Shown here in pieces: positions 1 to 9,080 of a stretch of DNA of 47,579 nucleotides. The position numbers and the translations under genes are program-made. Source of the DNA: Candidatus Aenigmatarchaeota archaeon (GTDB taxonomy: Archaea > Aenigmatarchaeota > Aenigmatarchaeia > CG10238-14); contig JAWAAR010000002.1 in NCBI GenBank assembly GCA_038999265.1, positions 1 through 47,579 on the forward strand, written 5' to 3'. Below the pieces are notes generated by a model. The model was not told where the DNA came from. It worked only from the letters and a program-made list of their open reading frames with translations, and made no database searches. The stretch's first letter is position 1. Each line of letters starts with the position of its first letter.

Positions 1-1113
1 CCATACAAAATTATCATAATCCTTGCCATCTATTAGATGATAAAGAGGTGTATTTATCTTATCCTTGATGGAAAAGTAGGCTGTAATCCCAAGCAAAACT
101 ATTAGTATAATTAGACCAAATTTTTTTGGCTTCATTTCCAGTATTTTTACAAATCCAGCAGATGTTATGACATTCATAAGAATGAATAGTGGCATGTAAA
201 CCCTTTGGTAAGGGATCAGATAATTGATTTTGAAATTTGCAAAAAGAGCGAGATTTATTATTAGGAAAAAGACCGAGAAAATTATTGAAAGGAATTCCTT
301 CCTATTTTTTTGTGAAAGTGAGTAGGAACCCACTAGGAAAAAAAATGTTGGTATATATCCATATAATGTTGGAATTCCTCTCAATGTTATCCAGAAATTA
401 AATTTAACACTTTCTATACCTTTGTTTTTTATTTCCTGAACATAGTTTGGAATGGAAAGGATAAGAGATACCAAGATGGAAATTAACAAGAATTTTGAGT
501 TTGGGTCTCCTTTAAGTAACGATAGAATTAGATAAAACCCTAAAATCAGGAGTAAAGCCATGGCCGAAGGGGGATGTGAATAAAGAAGATATGTCAGTGA
601 AACTGAAAGTAATAGATAATTTAGTTTGTTTTTAATTCCAAACAGATTGAATGCCATTAAGAGTGAAAAGGGAATAAAAATCATGCTAAGGTTTACGGGA
701 ACAAGGAATATCGGGCCACCTATAGTCAGGTTGGAAGGTATTATTGCTGTTAAAAATGCTGCAATAAGTCCTTGGGTCTTACCGAGTAACTTCGAAACAA
801 ACACAAAAATTACAATTATTGAAATAGAGTGAATGATGAGAGGGACAAAAATCCATTCTTTTGGATCCAATTTAAAAATTAGTTGGAAGAATGAAAGAGT
901 CAAGTGCCAACCTCTTTCCATTCCCAATCTAAAGGGTTTTCCAGAATACCAATCTATATCTTGCTCGGATGCCATCATCTTTGCTTCAGATATATGAAAC
1001 CATTCATCCACATGGATTGGATAGGGGTAATTTAAATGAGGGTAAAAAGTGAGAAAACAACCTAATATTATTATAATAGTTAATAGAATTTCTTCTCTCA
1101 TAGACTCTATCAT
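1..1113 (-). CDS. Polytopic membrane protein, N-terminal ~370 aa (3' end runs off the window); possibly a GT-C-type (STT3/PMT/ArnT-like) glycosyltransferase
   Basis: Absent from the ORF track because no stop lies in the window. I checked every plus-strand triplet in register 1-3, 4-6 ... up to 1101 and found no tta/cta/tca, so the minus frame is open to the edge. ATG at 1113 or 1101 (MIESMREEILLTIIIILGCF...). Many hydrophobic segments. The acidic loop PIHVDEWFH after the first helix is only weakly reminiscent of GT-C enzymes. Confidence 0.6.
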   Translation of the reverse strand, partial: MIESMREEILLTIIIILGCFLTFYPHLNYPYPIHVDEWFHISEAKMMASEQDIDWYSGKPFRLGMERGWHLTLSFFQLIFKLDPKEWIFVPLIIHSISIIVIFVFVSKLLGKTQGLIAAFLTAIIPSNLTIGGPIFLVPVNLSMIFIPFSLLMAFNLFGIKNKLNYLLLSVSLTYLLYSHPPSAMALLLILGFYLILSLLKGDPNSKFLLISILVSLILSIPNYVQEIKNKGIESVKFNFWITLRGIPTLYGYIPTFFFLVGSYSLSQKNRKEFLSIIFSVFFLIINLALFANFKINYLIPYQRVYMPLFILMNVITSAGFVKILEMKPKKFGLIILIVLLGITAYFSIKDKINTPLYHLIDGKDYDNFVW

Positions 1114-1231
1114 TAAATCCAATTAAATCTTTAAAAAATTGCCTAAATATTGATTTGAAATAAGAAAATGACATGAAATCCCGCATAAGTAAGGTAGAAA
1201 ATATATTTTTTTCTAAATAAATCTTTATATA

Positions 1232-1253
1232 TTAATTACTTATAAGTAATTAA
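1232..1253. promoter_or_regulatory. Perfect 22-bp palindrome TTAATTACTTATAAGTAATTAA in a divergent intergenic region; candidate operator
   Basis: The reverse complement equals the sequence itself (checked base by base). It lies between the minus-strand membrane gene start (1113) and the plus-strand ORF start (1271), next to a TTTATATA TATA-like element at about 1224-1231. Confidence 0.4.
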
Positions 1254-1270
1254 ATTAATAGGGGAAGAAT

Positions 1271-1525
1271 ATGGGTTATGATTTAAGAGTTGAAAGAGTT
1301 AATGATCGTAAAGATATTTGGAATGGTATACCAGGAATAGAAGAGCCCATATTTTCAATTGTTGCTGGATTTAGTGCTATCGGACCCGATGGAAGAACAG
1401 AATATTACAGATTATGTCAACCTATACCTACTGGAAGTTTTGATGAACAAAATGTTGTATATACAGAATTAAGGGTAATGTATCCAAATCTCTCAATACT
1501 ATATGCAAAATATGAAAACACTTAA
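1271..1525 (+). CDS. Hypothetical small protein (84 aa)
   Basis: ORF preceded by GGGGAAGAAT just before the ATG (SD-like). Non-repetitive composition. No recognisable motif. Confidence 0.45.
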   Translation: MGYDLRVERVNDRKDIWNGIPGIEEPIFSIVAGFSAIGPDGRTEYYRLCQPIPTGSFDEQNVVYTELRVMYPNLSILYAKYENT

Positions 1526-1608
1526 AAATTGTTAAAATCCCATAAATAACCAAAATCCACTTTAAAATATTTGGAACTTTTTTTCCCGATCTAAAAAATG
1601 AATAAAAA

Positions 1609-2040
1609 CTAACTTTTGGCATCCTTGGCCTCAGGACTCATCTTGCTTATGTGTGGTATCCTGGGGACAAAAACAGAAATTATTGTGGCGATCAAACCTA
1701 CCAGATGATAGCCAAAACCAAAGGCCATTCCAATACCACCTGCGAACCATATGCTGGCAGCAGTAGTGAGGTTTTTGACATTTGTACCCTCTTTAAGTAT
1801 GAGCCCGGCACCCAAAAAACCGATCCCTGTCACTATCTGTGCTGCAATTCTCGAGATAGAATCCGGATCAACCCTCATGGACAGGAATGTGAAGAGCATG
1901 GAACCGGTTATGACAAAGGTGTGGGTGCTGATTCCCGCATCCTTTCCCCTGGATTCCCTCTCTGCACCTATCACAAACCCAGCAAATAAACAAAGTAGCA
2001 AATCAATTATAAACTCTGATTCATGACCACTAAAAATCAT
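1609..2040 (-). CDS. mgtC: MgtC/SapB family membrane protein
   Basis: 143 aa with the typical MgtC core: AERESRGKDAGISTHTFVITGSMLF ... AAQIVTGIGFLGAGLILKEG ... LTTAASIWFAGGIGMAFGFG. Confidence 0.8.
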   Translation of the reverse strand: MIFSGHESEFIIDLLLCLFAGFVIGAERESRGKDAGISTHTFVITGSMLFTFLSMRVDPDSISRIAAQIVTGIGFLGAGLILKEGTNVKNLTTAASIWFAGGIGMAFGFGYHLVGLIATIISVFVPRIPHISKMSPEAKDAKS

Positions 2041-2256
2041 AATTTAATTATCAAATTCAACATTAAAAAACTATTTTCATCTCCTCCTTTTATTGGCAAG
2101 ACAGATATCCCTATATAAACAATCATCACAAGTATATTGCCTTGGGTCATAATCCTCTATATTGTGTCATGTCTATGCCTTTCAATATCCCTTATGCTAC
2201 CTATCCCTGGTCTAATCCTGGTAAAACCATCGTTTTGTGGGCCAATTCTTCTCTTT

Positions 2257-2532
2257 TTAGTCAACCACATCATCCCATGTTATGTTGTTGAGTATATTTT
2301 TTGCTCTTTCTGAACTGTATCCCAATTTTCTGAGAAAGTTTAAAGCTCTTCTGTAAGCCCCATAAAAATCATCATGGGCTTCCTTGAATGAATGTGCGTC
2401 TCCCACACCAATACCCCTCATCGCAGCATATCTCTGAAGTGCATTCAAACCCAAATATTGTTCTGTGGTTAGCTGGTTTGGGTCCCTAGGCAAACCTGCT
2501 TTTCTCAAATATCCTCTATAATCTTCTGGCAT
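2257..2532 (-). CDS. Hypothetical protein (91 aa)
   Basis: Only sizeable ORF in this interval, with balanced composition. No motif recognised. Confidence 0.4.
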   Translation of the reverse strand: MPEDYRGYLRKAGLPRDPNQLTTEQYLGLNALQRYAAMRGIGVGDAHSFKEAHDDFYGAYRRALNFLRKLGYSSERAKNILNNITWDDVVD

Positions 2533-2665
2533 TAACTTTTTATTGATTAAGAAATTTTTCTACTAATTTTAATTTTCAACAGAGAAACTTCACCTAAATT
2601 ATATGAGAATCTAATCCAAGACTTTCACTAATTTGTTTTTATCCTTTCACACAATTTAATTTTCA

Positions 2666-3190
2666 ATGAAGGAAAAAATATCCCTTGTACCCATAGCAAT
2701 GGTAGGCAGGAGTCTGTTAGATTATTTGGTGACCCAGGGTTTTTTCATCTGTGATCCATCTCTAATTGAACAGAGAGGCAGAATAATCGGTCAATTGACA
2801 AAGATGGGCTACCAATTTATCCAAACCCATCCTAAAGAAACTCATCTTTATTTCATTTTTCTACAGGCATTTGGGTTTTTAGTCAGTGGTGCTTATGGAA
2901 TTCTAAAAAAAGACTTCAGGGAGGCCATGAATTCAATACCACTTACAGGCCTTGGAACATTTCTCGCAGAAAATTTCTATTTTGTTTGGGTTAGTTTGTT
3001 AGGAGATTTGAACAGGTGTTATGGTTGGTACACCGGAAATCCATTAAATCCAGATGGAAATTTTGGTTATTCCTGGACAAACCCAGCAAATATGCTTCAA
3101 TATTTCTTGCAAACAATGGGTCTATATCTTGGTGTCTGGGGTACTTTAAGGTTGGTGGATTATTTTATTAGAGGCATTAGAGAAAGGTAA
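2666..3190 (+). CDS. Hypothetical membrane protein (174 aa)
   Basis: ORF with several hydrophobic stretches, directly abutting the next ORF (stop 3190, ATG 3191). Confidence 0.45.
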   Translation: MKEKISLVPIAMVGRSLLDYLVTQGFFICDPSLIEQRGRIIGQLTKMGYQFIQTHPKETHLYFIFLQAFGFLVSGAYGILKKDFREAMNSIPLTGLGTFLAENFYFVWVSLLGDLNRCYGWYTGNPLNPDGNFGYSWTNPANMLQYFLQTMGLYLGVWGTLRLVDYFIRGIRER

Positions 3191-3589
3191 ATGGGAATAT
3201 CAATTAATATCCAATCAAATTCAGATATGGATATCAGTGGTCTGCTCAAGTTTTTATTAGTATACTTCCTTAGTTTTATAATATACAATTTAGGTGAAAA
3301 CATGAAGGAAATTAAAAAAAGGTATAAAATATCCTTTGAGTTGAATGAAAAGGAATATAAAAAGGTTCAAAGCACCATTAAAAAAGTAAAAGAATTTTAT
3401 AAAGAACAAGGAAAAGAATTTCAGGAATCCCAGTCCACCTTTAATCGAACATGTTTCTTAGAAGGACTTGAAGTCATAAATAAGAAATTCACAAGCAAGT
3501 ATCTATGCGAGAAGTGTGGAAAGAGAATAGCAATTACAGTTCCAAGACATCTGAGAGAGAGGCTTGATGTCTGCAAATGCAAGGATTAG
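3191..3589 (+). CDS. Hypothetical protein with C-terminal Cys cluster (CEKCGK...CKC); true start may be the ATG at about 3302
   Basis: ORF track. The internal MKEIKKRYKISF is preceded by GGTGAAAAC (SD-like). C-x-x-C ... C-x-C at the C-terminus suggests a small zinc-binding element. Confidence 0.4.
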   Translation: MGISINIQSNSDMDISGLLKFLLVYFLSFIIYNLGENMKEIKKRYKISFELNEKEYKKVQSTIKKVKEFYKEQGKEFQESQSTFNRTCFLEGLEVINKKFTSKYLCEKCGKRIAITVPRHLRERLDVCKCKD

Positions 3590-3698
3590 ATCTCATAAAT
3601 CAATGGATGAATACATCTGTTGATTTAAGATCCAATTAATTCCTTATCCTCTCAATGGATAAAGAGATCCTTTATTAAATAAGAAACAGTTCTAATAT

Positions 3699-3917
3699 CT
3701 AACCTCTGCATGCCCCTGGCCCATAATTGGCTAATTTAATTGTATATCCACTCAAACCTGCGTATCTGTGAAGCTGATCACCAGAAACTTTTTCTTCTCT
3801 ATCACTTCTATCAGTAACCAAAAAAATTTGACCAGGAGAAACACGAACCCATGCTCCTCTTTGGTTCATATATTCAAAAAAACCTCCAGGATTATACCTA
3901 ACATCTCCAACTTCCAT
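3699..3917 (-). CDS. Hypothetical protein (72 aa)
   Basis: Its composition is more protein-like than the overlapping plus-strand K/I/N-rich ORF 3768..4028. No motif recognised. Confidence 0.3.
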   Translation of the reverse strand: MEVGDVRYNPGGFFEYMNQRGAWVRVSPGQIFLVTDRSDREEKVSGDQLHRYAGLSGYTIKLANYGPGACRG

Positions 3918-4033
3918 ATCAAGAAAATCATATCTAAAAAGATAAACATCTACCCACCTAAATCAAAAAATATTATACCAGATAGAAAACACCAAGATTT
4001 AAATTTCTTAATAACAACTTTCAAGTAGTTAAT

Positions 4034-4804
4034 ATGGACAGAAATAGGGTCTGGTCAATATTACTTACAGGTTTCTTGATACTCCTGATTCTCTTCTCTT
4101 CTCCATTGCAAGCATTTCAATTGTCAATAAAAACAAGCAAACCAAGATACACCAAGGGTGAGGAAATAGCAATAACATCAAATGCGACAATAGATGGTGA
4201 AAGACTGCCTATAAACAACGTGACATTCAGGATCTCAGGTCCATCCGGGGTTTTTGAATGCACCCTACCCCACAACTCCTCATACATAGACAAGGAAATA
4301 GATTGTGATGGAATGCCGATAAAAGTGAACTTCACATCTTCCATGGTATATGGTTACGGATATCTGAGCGGATATTATGATGGAAACTACAGCTGGGGTT
4401 ATGGGTATGGTTATGGGACAAGGGGGGATATGAGTTATGAGATAATAATTTCAGAAAATAGACTGGAAGCAGGGACCTATTCAGTTGAGATCATTTATAA
4501 TATAGATAACAACAACTTCTCCAAAAAATCAACTTTCTATTTGCAGGAACCACAAAAGGAGATAAGAAGGGGAAGCAGATACAGGCCAATAATCCCAACA
4601 ATGAAAACAACTACCACCATACAACAAACAAAAACAACAACAACCACAGCCCCATCAACAACCACTACCACCATTTCAACAACCACAACAACAGCAATCA
4701 TAACCCAAAGAAGAGAAAGTCCAATGACAGGTTTCGTGACAATGGTTCAAAGACTGTTTGATTCAATATCAAGATTCCTTTCAAGGATAGGAATTAAAGT
4801 GTAA
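4034..4804 (+). CDS. Secreted surface protein with a GYG repeat, a Thr-rich stalk and a C-terminal SPMTGF motif
   Basis: N-terminal signal-like helix (WSILLTGFLILLILFSSPLQA). GYGYLSGYYDGNYSWGYGYGYG block. Long T-rich segment. P-M-T-G-F encoded at 4721-4735. Confidence 0.7.
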   Translation: MDRNRVWSILLTGFLILLILFSSPLQAFQLSIKTSKPRYTKGEEIAITSNATIDGERLPINNVTFRISGPSGVFECTLPHNSSYIDKEIDCDGMPIKVNFTSSMVYGYGYLSGYYDGNYSWGYGYGYGTRGDMSYEIIISENRLEAGTYSVEIIYNIDNNNFSKKSTFYLQEPQKEIRRGSRYRPIIPTMKTTTTIQQTKTTTTTAPSTTTTTISTTTTTAIITQRRESPMTGFVTMVQRLFDSISRFLSRIGIKV

Positions 4805-4912
4805 ATTTTCTTTCTTTTTACTATAATAATCGTAAATTACCGAAGAATAGCATCATCAGTGTTTAAATAACTGAATAACGTTTTTTATTAATAAGTAGTA
4901 TTGGGGGTATCC

Positions 4913-5998
4913 ATGGATAAGAAAATTTCTTCCACAAAAATAATATCTGCCTTCCTGACCCTAACACTACTTGCTATTATAATAATATCTGGTCCTAACG
5001 AGACTATAGCCGATGGTGTTTTTGGTGGATTAAGTTTTGGTTATGGCTATGGATATGGAGGAGGATACCCCGCAGGCATCTGTGTCAAACACAGGAACGT
5101 CTCGATAGGAAAGGATGCAAACCCACCTGGCGTAAACCCATTCAAATATAGAACAGGATCTTATGCCTTCACAGGTGAACAGATAGAATTTACAATAGTT
5201 GTCAGGGATCCAAACGGTGCAATAGATATAGGATTTCCAAAGATTTCCGTTGACAATCAACCAAAAGTCCTTTGCAATGAGATACCATTAACAAGTATTT
5301 CCGATTACAGCTGTGATGGTTTTGGTATGTTGAATCCAGAAACAGATAAGGCTTATCATTGCTTGCTGACGGTTGGTCCATGGTATGGTGAAAAAGAGGT
5401 GAAGATAACAGCATATGACTCATCATTCCAACCTTCGGATAGCACACACAAGGAAACATGGTTCTTCAATCCTCAATTATCATACACAATAACAACAAGC
5501 GATGGACAACCCTTGAGATTTGAGGAGATGCCATATGGTGCAGACACACCAGATGAAAGAACCGTCCATTCTGTAAACAGGCTTGTTGTCAAGAACACAG
5601 CCGAGGGTGGTGTGAACATGTGGACATTCATCGCAGGTACAGATTTCTATGATCCAAACGGTGCCTCAAAGTGTCCAACATCAAATGTGCTCAAAGTAGA
5701 GTACATGAAATACAGGGGATGGTCTGGGACCCAATGGACATCCTGGGAAGGATGGGAAACAATGAGCAGATATGACCAAAATGATCTATGCGTGGTCACA
5801 CCATTTGCCGCGACATCCCACTGCTATGGAGGTAAACCAGTACCTTATCCAAACACCAATGACGACATACCAGATCCAATGGAATATGTCCTAACAAATC
5901 AAGGAAGACTGGAAGTTGAATTCAAATTGACCTACCCAATGCCCTGTGTTGGATCCTTCACAGAAGGTTCAATACTAATATTTGGAAAACCTGTGTAA
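4913..5998 (+). CDS. Secreted protein with an N-proximal GYGYGYGGGY repeat
   Basis: The track ORF starts at TTG 4901. ATG 4913 follows GGGGGT (SD-like), so I prefer it. Signal-like helix IISAFLTLTLLAIIIISGP. No C-terminal anchor. Confidence 0.7.
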   Translation: MDKKISSTKIISAFLTLTLLAIIIISGPNETIADGVFGGLSFGYGYGYGGGYPAGICVKHRNVSIGKDANPPGVNPFKYRTGSYAFTGEQIEFTIVVRDPNGAIDIGFPKISVDNQPKVLCNEIPLTSISDYSCDGFGMLNPETDKAYHCLLTVGPWYGEKEVKITAYDSSFQPSDSTHKETWFFNPQLSYTITTSDGQPLRFEEMPYGADTPDERTVHSVNRLVVKNTAEGGVNMWTFIAGTDFYDPNGASKCPTSNVLKVEYMKYRGWSGTQWTSWEGWETMSRYDQNDLCVVTPFAATSHCYGGKPVPYPNTNDDIPDPMEYVLTNQGRLEVEFKLTYPMPCVGSFTEGSILIFGKPV

Positions 5999-5999
5999 A

Positions 6000-6884
6000 C
6001 TAATTCAGAAGATTTCTAATATCATCCAACCTTGACTCGGCTATACTTTTTCCTCTTTCTATCAACATATTCCTATATTTCTTGTCATCAACAACCAAGT
6101 CAAGAATCCCCGCACTCTCATAATCACACTCTATCAAAACATTCGGTGGATATTTTTCCAGTTTTTCCCTTCTCAACCTGTGGCCCATTATATGAACCGA
6201 ACCAAATATGGTATTTATCAGATCATTTCTCTTGAATATGAGTGAAACATACGGGTTCCTGAGAGATGTTATTATCCTTTTTTGGAAAGGTCCTAGTTTT
6301 TTAGGTTTGTAGTTGAAGCTGACTTTGAATGATTTTGAGACATCAACGCCGATCACAACATCAGCACCCATGTTTCTGCAAACATCCACAGGAAGTATGT
6401 TCAACAAACCACCATCAACAAGATATCTTCCATTTATCTCAACTGGCGGAAACATACCCGGTATGCAAATGGTTGCCTCAATTGCTTTTATTGCAGGACC
6501 CTTGTCTATCACAACTTCCTCCCCCGTTGTTATATCAACAGCAACCGCGGCAAATTTTTTTGGAAGATCCTCTATATTCTTGTCTCCAATTATCTTCCTT
6601 ATCTTTTCTATACCCGGCCTATAGTCAAATACACCATAGGTGTTGTCTGAAATTCTCTTGAAGTCCTTCTCCTTGAGTATCTTTGAGTGTTTTATAACAT
6701 CCCTTACTGACAAACCACATGCCAATGCAAGACCAACAACACCACCTGCACTTGTACCAACTATTATGTCTATTGGTATCTTCTCCCTTTCAAGAACTTC
6801 ACACACACCCAGATGAACCCATCCACCGTATCCACCGCCGCTCAAAGCCAATCCTATTTTCTTCTCCTCCGTCATACTAGCCAC
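6000..6884 (-). CDS. Patatin-like phospholipase
   Basis: GLALSGGGYGG (oxyanion G-G-G-x-x-G), GTSAGG (G-x-S-x-G nucleophile elbow) and a later VDGG (catalytic Asp), in canonical order. Confidence 0.85.
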   Translation of the reverse strand: MASMTEEKKIGLALSGGGYGGWVHLGVCEVLEREKIPIDIIVGTSAGGVVGLALACGLSVRDVIKHSKILKEKDFKRISDNTYGVFDYRPGIEKIRKIIGDKNIEDLPKKFAAVAVDITTGEEVVIDKGPAIKAIEATICIPGMFPPVEINGRYLVDGGLLNILPVDVCRNMGADVVIGVDVSKSFKVSFNYKPKKLGPFQKRIITSLRNPYVSLIFKRNDLINTIFGSVHIMGHRLRREKLEKYPPNVLIECDYESAGILDLVVDDKKYRNMLIERGKSIAESRLDDIRNLLN

Positions 6885-7048
6885 CTTTGGGATGGTAGAA
6901 TTATAATATTACTATATAGTAACAACATGTATAAAAAGATTTGTACACTTTTTTATCAAGATCACACAATAATTATTCAGTTTTTGATTGGACAATAAAA
7001 TCTTTAAATCTTTATTCCTTTAAAGTGATAAATTAGTGGTGAATTTTT

Positions 7049-8410
7049 ATGGAATATAAAAAACTTGCAACTTTTGTGATAGTATTTGCATTATTTTCCA
7101 TAAGTCTGGTTGATGCAGTAACTGTGGTGTGTCCAACTTACTTGGATTCTGGAAATTACATTTTTTCAAATCCAAACCCCGGTCAAGTGCAGGTTAAGAT
7201 CTCAAATGTACCAGGAACAGTGACAATAACACCTTCAACACAATTCACCCTCTCACCATCAGAAACCAAGATCATCAACTCAAGAACAACAAATCCCTCG
7301 GACGTGTATTATAAGGGGGTTGTAATATATTCGGATAATGTTGTTTCCGCATCTGTTGAGTGTTACATGGTTGGGTATAGCGGCTCAAGCCCACCAATAA
7401 CTACAACTATACCATCTACAACAACTACAACAATAGATAATTCCTGTACTGGAAAATCCTACTCCGTTTGTCTGTCGATGCCTCAATGTGAATGGGTCGG
7501 CGACTTCAGGACAGGATATTGTAGGGACAAAATTGTTACAACTACAACTACTACTACAATTCAGACAACTACTACAACTACAACTACTACTACCACGACA
7601 GTCCAAAGCAATAGTGGCGGCAGTTCTGGGGGAAGTTCCTCCGGTAGTGGATCTTCAGGTGGTTCATCTGGAGGAAGTGGTGGTTTTAGTGGAACCGGTG
7701 GGCCAGCAAAACAAACAGGATTCTATGACTTTCCGACATACATCAGAGTTGAAGGAGACAAAGAAACAATTGTAGAAGGTAAATTCTACAACAGATATGT
7801 GGGAGAACAAAGCAATGTTGAATTTAAGATAACTGGGATAGATACCAGTTGGTACAAGTTAGAACCATCAGTGGTGGATAAACTAGGATACAACCAGGAG
7901 GTTGACATCAAGATAAAACTAAAAATACCAAACAATGTAAAGTCAGGTGATTATCCATTCAAGATATCAACCAAGATATCCCAGACAACATATGAAAAGG
8001 ATATTACAATTGTGTTCACAGGATCCACAACACAAGTGACTACAACAACCACAACAACAACCACCACAATAAAAGAAGAAAAGAATCCAATCACAGGTTT
8101 CGCCACAAAAATCTCAGATGTTTTAAAGAAGTTCTGGTACATACCGGTAATAATTATAGTGGTGTTCTTGCTCTGGAAGTTCTTGGGAATATCATTTACT
8201 ACCAACAATGAATATGGTTCAGTTGCTGAAAAACCGGTTGCTCAAAAAATAGAAACAAGACCTCAACAGCAGGAAACAAAACCAGAAACAAAGTTGCAGG
8301 AAACCAAAGTAGAAAAGAAAAGGGATGAATCTTTGGAAAAGGCAAGAGAAAAAGTCATACAAGAGATGAGAAAAAAAGCAATGGAAGCAGACAAGAGATA
8401 TAGATTTTAA
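7049..8410 (+). CDS. Anchored surface protein (S-layer-like or adhesin-like) with Thr-rich and Gly/Ser-rich linkers, NPITGF motif, TM helix and charged cytoplasmic tail
   Basis: Signal-like N-terminus. Poly-Thr tracts at 7538-7600 and 8039-8068. SGGSSGGSSSGSGSSGG linker. P-I-T-G-F encoded at 8087-8101, followed by IPVIIIVVFLLWKF and a K/E-rich tail. Confidence 0.75.
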   Translation: MEYKKLATFVIVFALFSISLVDAVTVVCPTYLDSGNYIFSNPNPGQVQVKISNVPGTVTITPSTQFTLSPSETKIINSRTTNPSDVYYKGVVIYSDNVVSASVECYMVGYSGSSPPITTTIPSTTTTTIDNSCTGKSYSVCLSMPQCEWVGDFRTGYCRDKIVTTTTTTTIQTTTTTTTTTTTTVQSNSGGSSGGSSSGSGSSGGSSGGSGGFSGTGGPAKQTGFYDFPTYIRVEGDKETIVEGKFYNRYVGEQSNVEFKITGIDTSWYKLEPSVVDKLGYNQEVDIKIKLKIPNNVKSGDYPFKISTKISQTTYEKDITIVFTGSTTQVTTTTTTTTTTIKEEKNPITGFATKISDVLKKFWYIPVIIIVVFLLWKFLGISFTTNNEYGSVAEKPVAQKIETRPQQQETKPETKLQETKVEKKRDESLEKAREKVIQEMRKKAMEADKRYRF

Positions 8411-8567
8411 TTTCCCTTAAATAGAAAATAATGTTAATCAAAGTATTAAAATTTCTTATTTTTTAATTTTAAAAAATAATATAACTCTTTTTTCTATTTA
8501 ATGGTAAAAAAAGTCGGATAAGATTTAAATCTCTAATTATAAATACCTTTTTCAAGTAGTGAATTAT

Positions 8568-9080
8568 ATGGAAAAGAGATTGTGGCTAGCAGCAATTTTT
8601 GTGTTAATTTTAATTCCAGTTATCACCTCAATAGACATCTATGTCAGACCACCGAGGATGGTTCTAAGGATGAATGTCACACCTGGCATAGAATCTACGG
8701 AAAAAGGATCACTTGAGATAAAGAATCTGAATGATTATGATGTCAATGTAACTTTTAGGCCAGAAGGGGATATAATAGACAAGATAGAGATAACACGGGA
8801 AACAATAAAACTCAAACCAGGCGAGGTCAGAAATGTTGAGTTCAAAGTAAAAGCAAAAGAACCTGGCACATATCAGGGATTGGTGATCGTCACCTATTCT
8901 GCGGAAGGTCAGATATCGGCTGGCATTCAGGCTGAGATATATATTATAGCAAATGAACAGCCTATTGAAACCAAAGAGAAAAAAGATTTTGTGAAATATG
9001 CAATTATAGGATTTATATTTTTAATTGTATTAATTTTAGCATTACTTTTGATAAAGGGAATAAAAAAGAGGGGTGTATGA
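8568..9080 (+). CDS. Signal peptide plus C-terminally anchored beta-sandwich-like protein
   Basis: ATG 8568 (the track uses GTG 8559). N-terminal helix. Alternating beta-strand-like pattern (GSLEIKNLNDYDVNVTF ... GEVRNVEFKVKAKEPGTYQGLVIVTY). C-terminal TM helix and KKRG. Its stop abuts the next ATG (9081). Confidence 0.6.
   Translation: MEKRLWLAAIFVLILIPVITSIDIYVRPPRMVLRMNVTPGIESTEKGSLEIKNLNDYDVNVTFRPEGDIIDKIEITRETIKLKPGEVRNVEFKVKAKEPGTYQGLVIVTYSAEGQISAGIQAEIYIIANEQPIETKEKKDFVKYAIIGFIFLIVLILALLLIKGIKKRGV

Noticed and set aside
626-1186. Track ORFs 626..832(+) and 1004..1186(-) near the left edge
   Set aside because: Both lie inside, or out of frame with, the long minus-strand frame that is open from 1113 to the window edge. 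The 60-aa minus ORF is in a different frame and has a low-complexity, basic composition. I treat them as shadow ORFs.
1651-2026. Plus-strand ORFs 1651..1989 and 1751..2026
   Set aside because: They are antisense to the well-supported MgtC gene, and their Cys/Pro-rich composition is typical of antisense translation.
3768-4028. Plus-strand 86-aa ORF
   Set aside because: It is K/I/N/F-rich low-complexity translation of AT-rich intergenic or antisense DNA, and it ends right at the promoter region of the 4034 gene.
6032-6998. Plus-strand ORFs antisense to the patatin gene (6032..6235, 6313..6624, 6329..6661, 6813..6998)
   Set aside because: The minus frame carries all three patatin motifs. The plus ORFs have no motifs and show biased composition.
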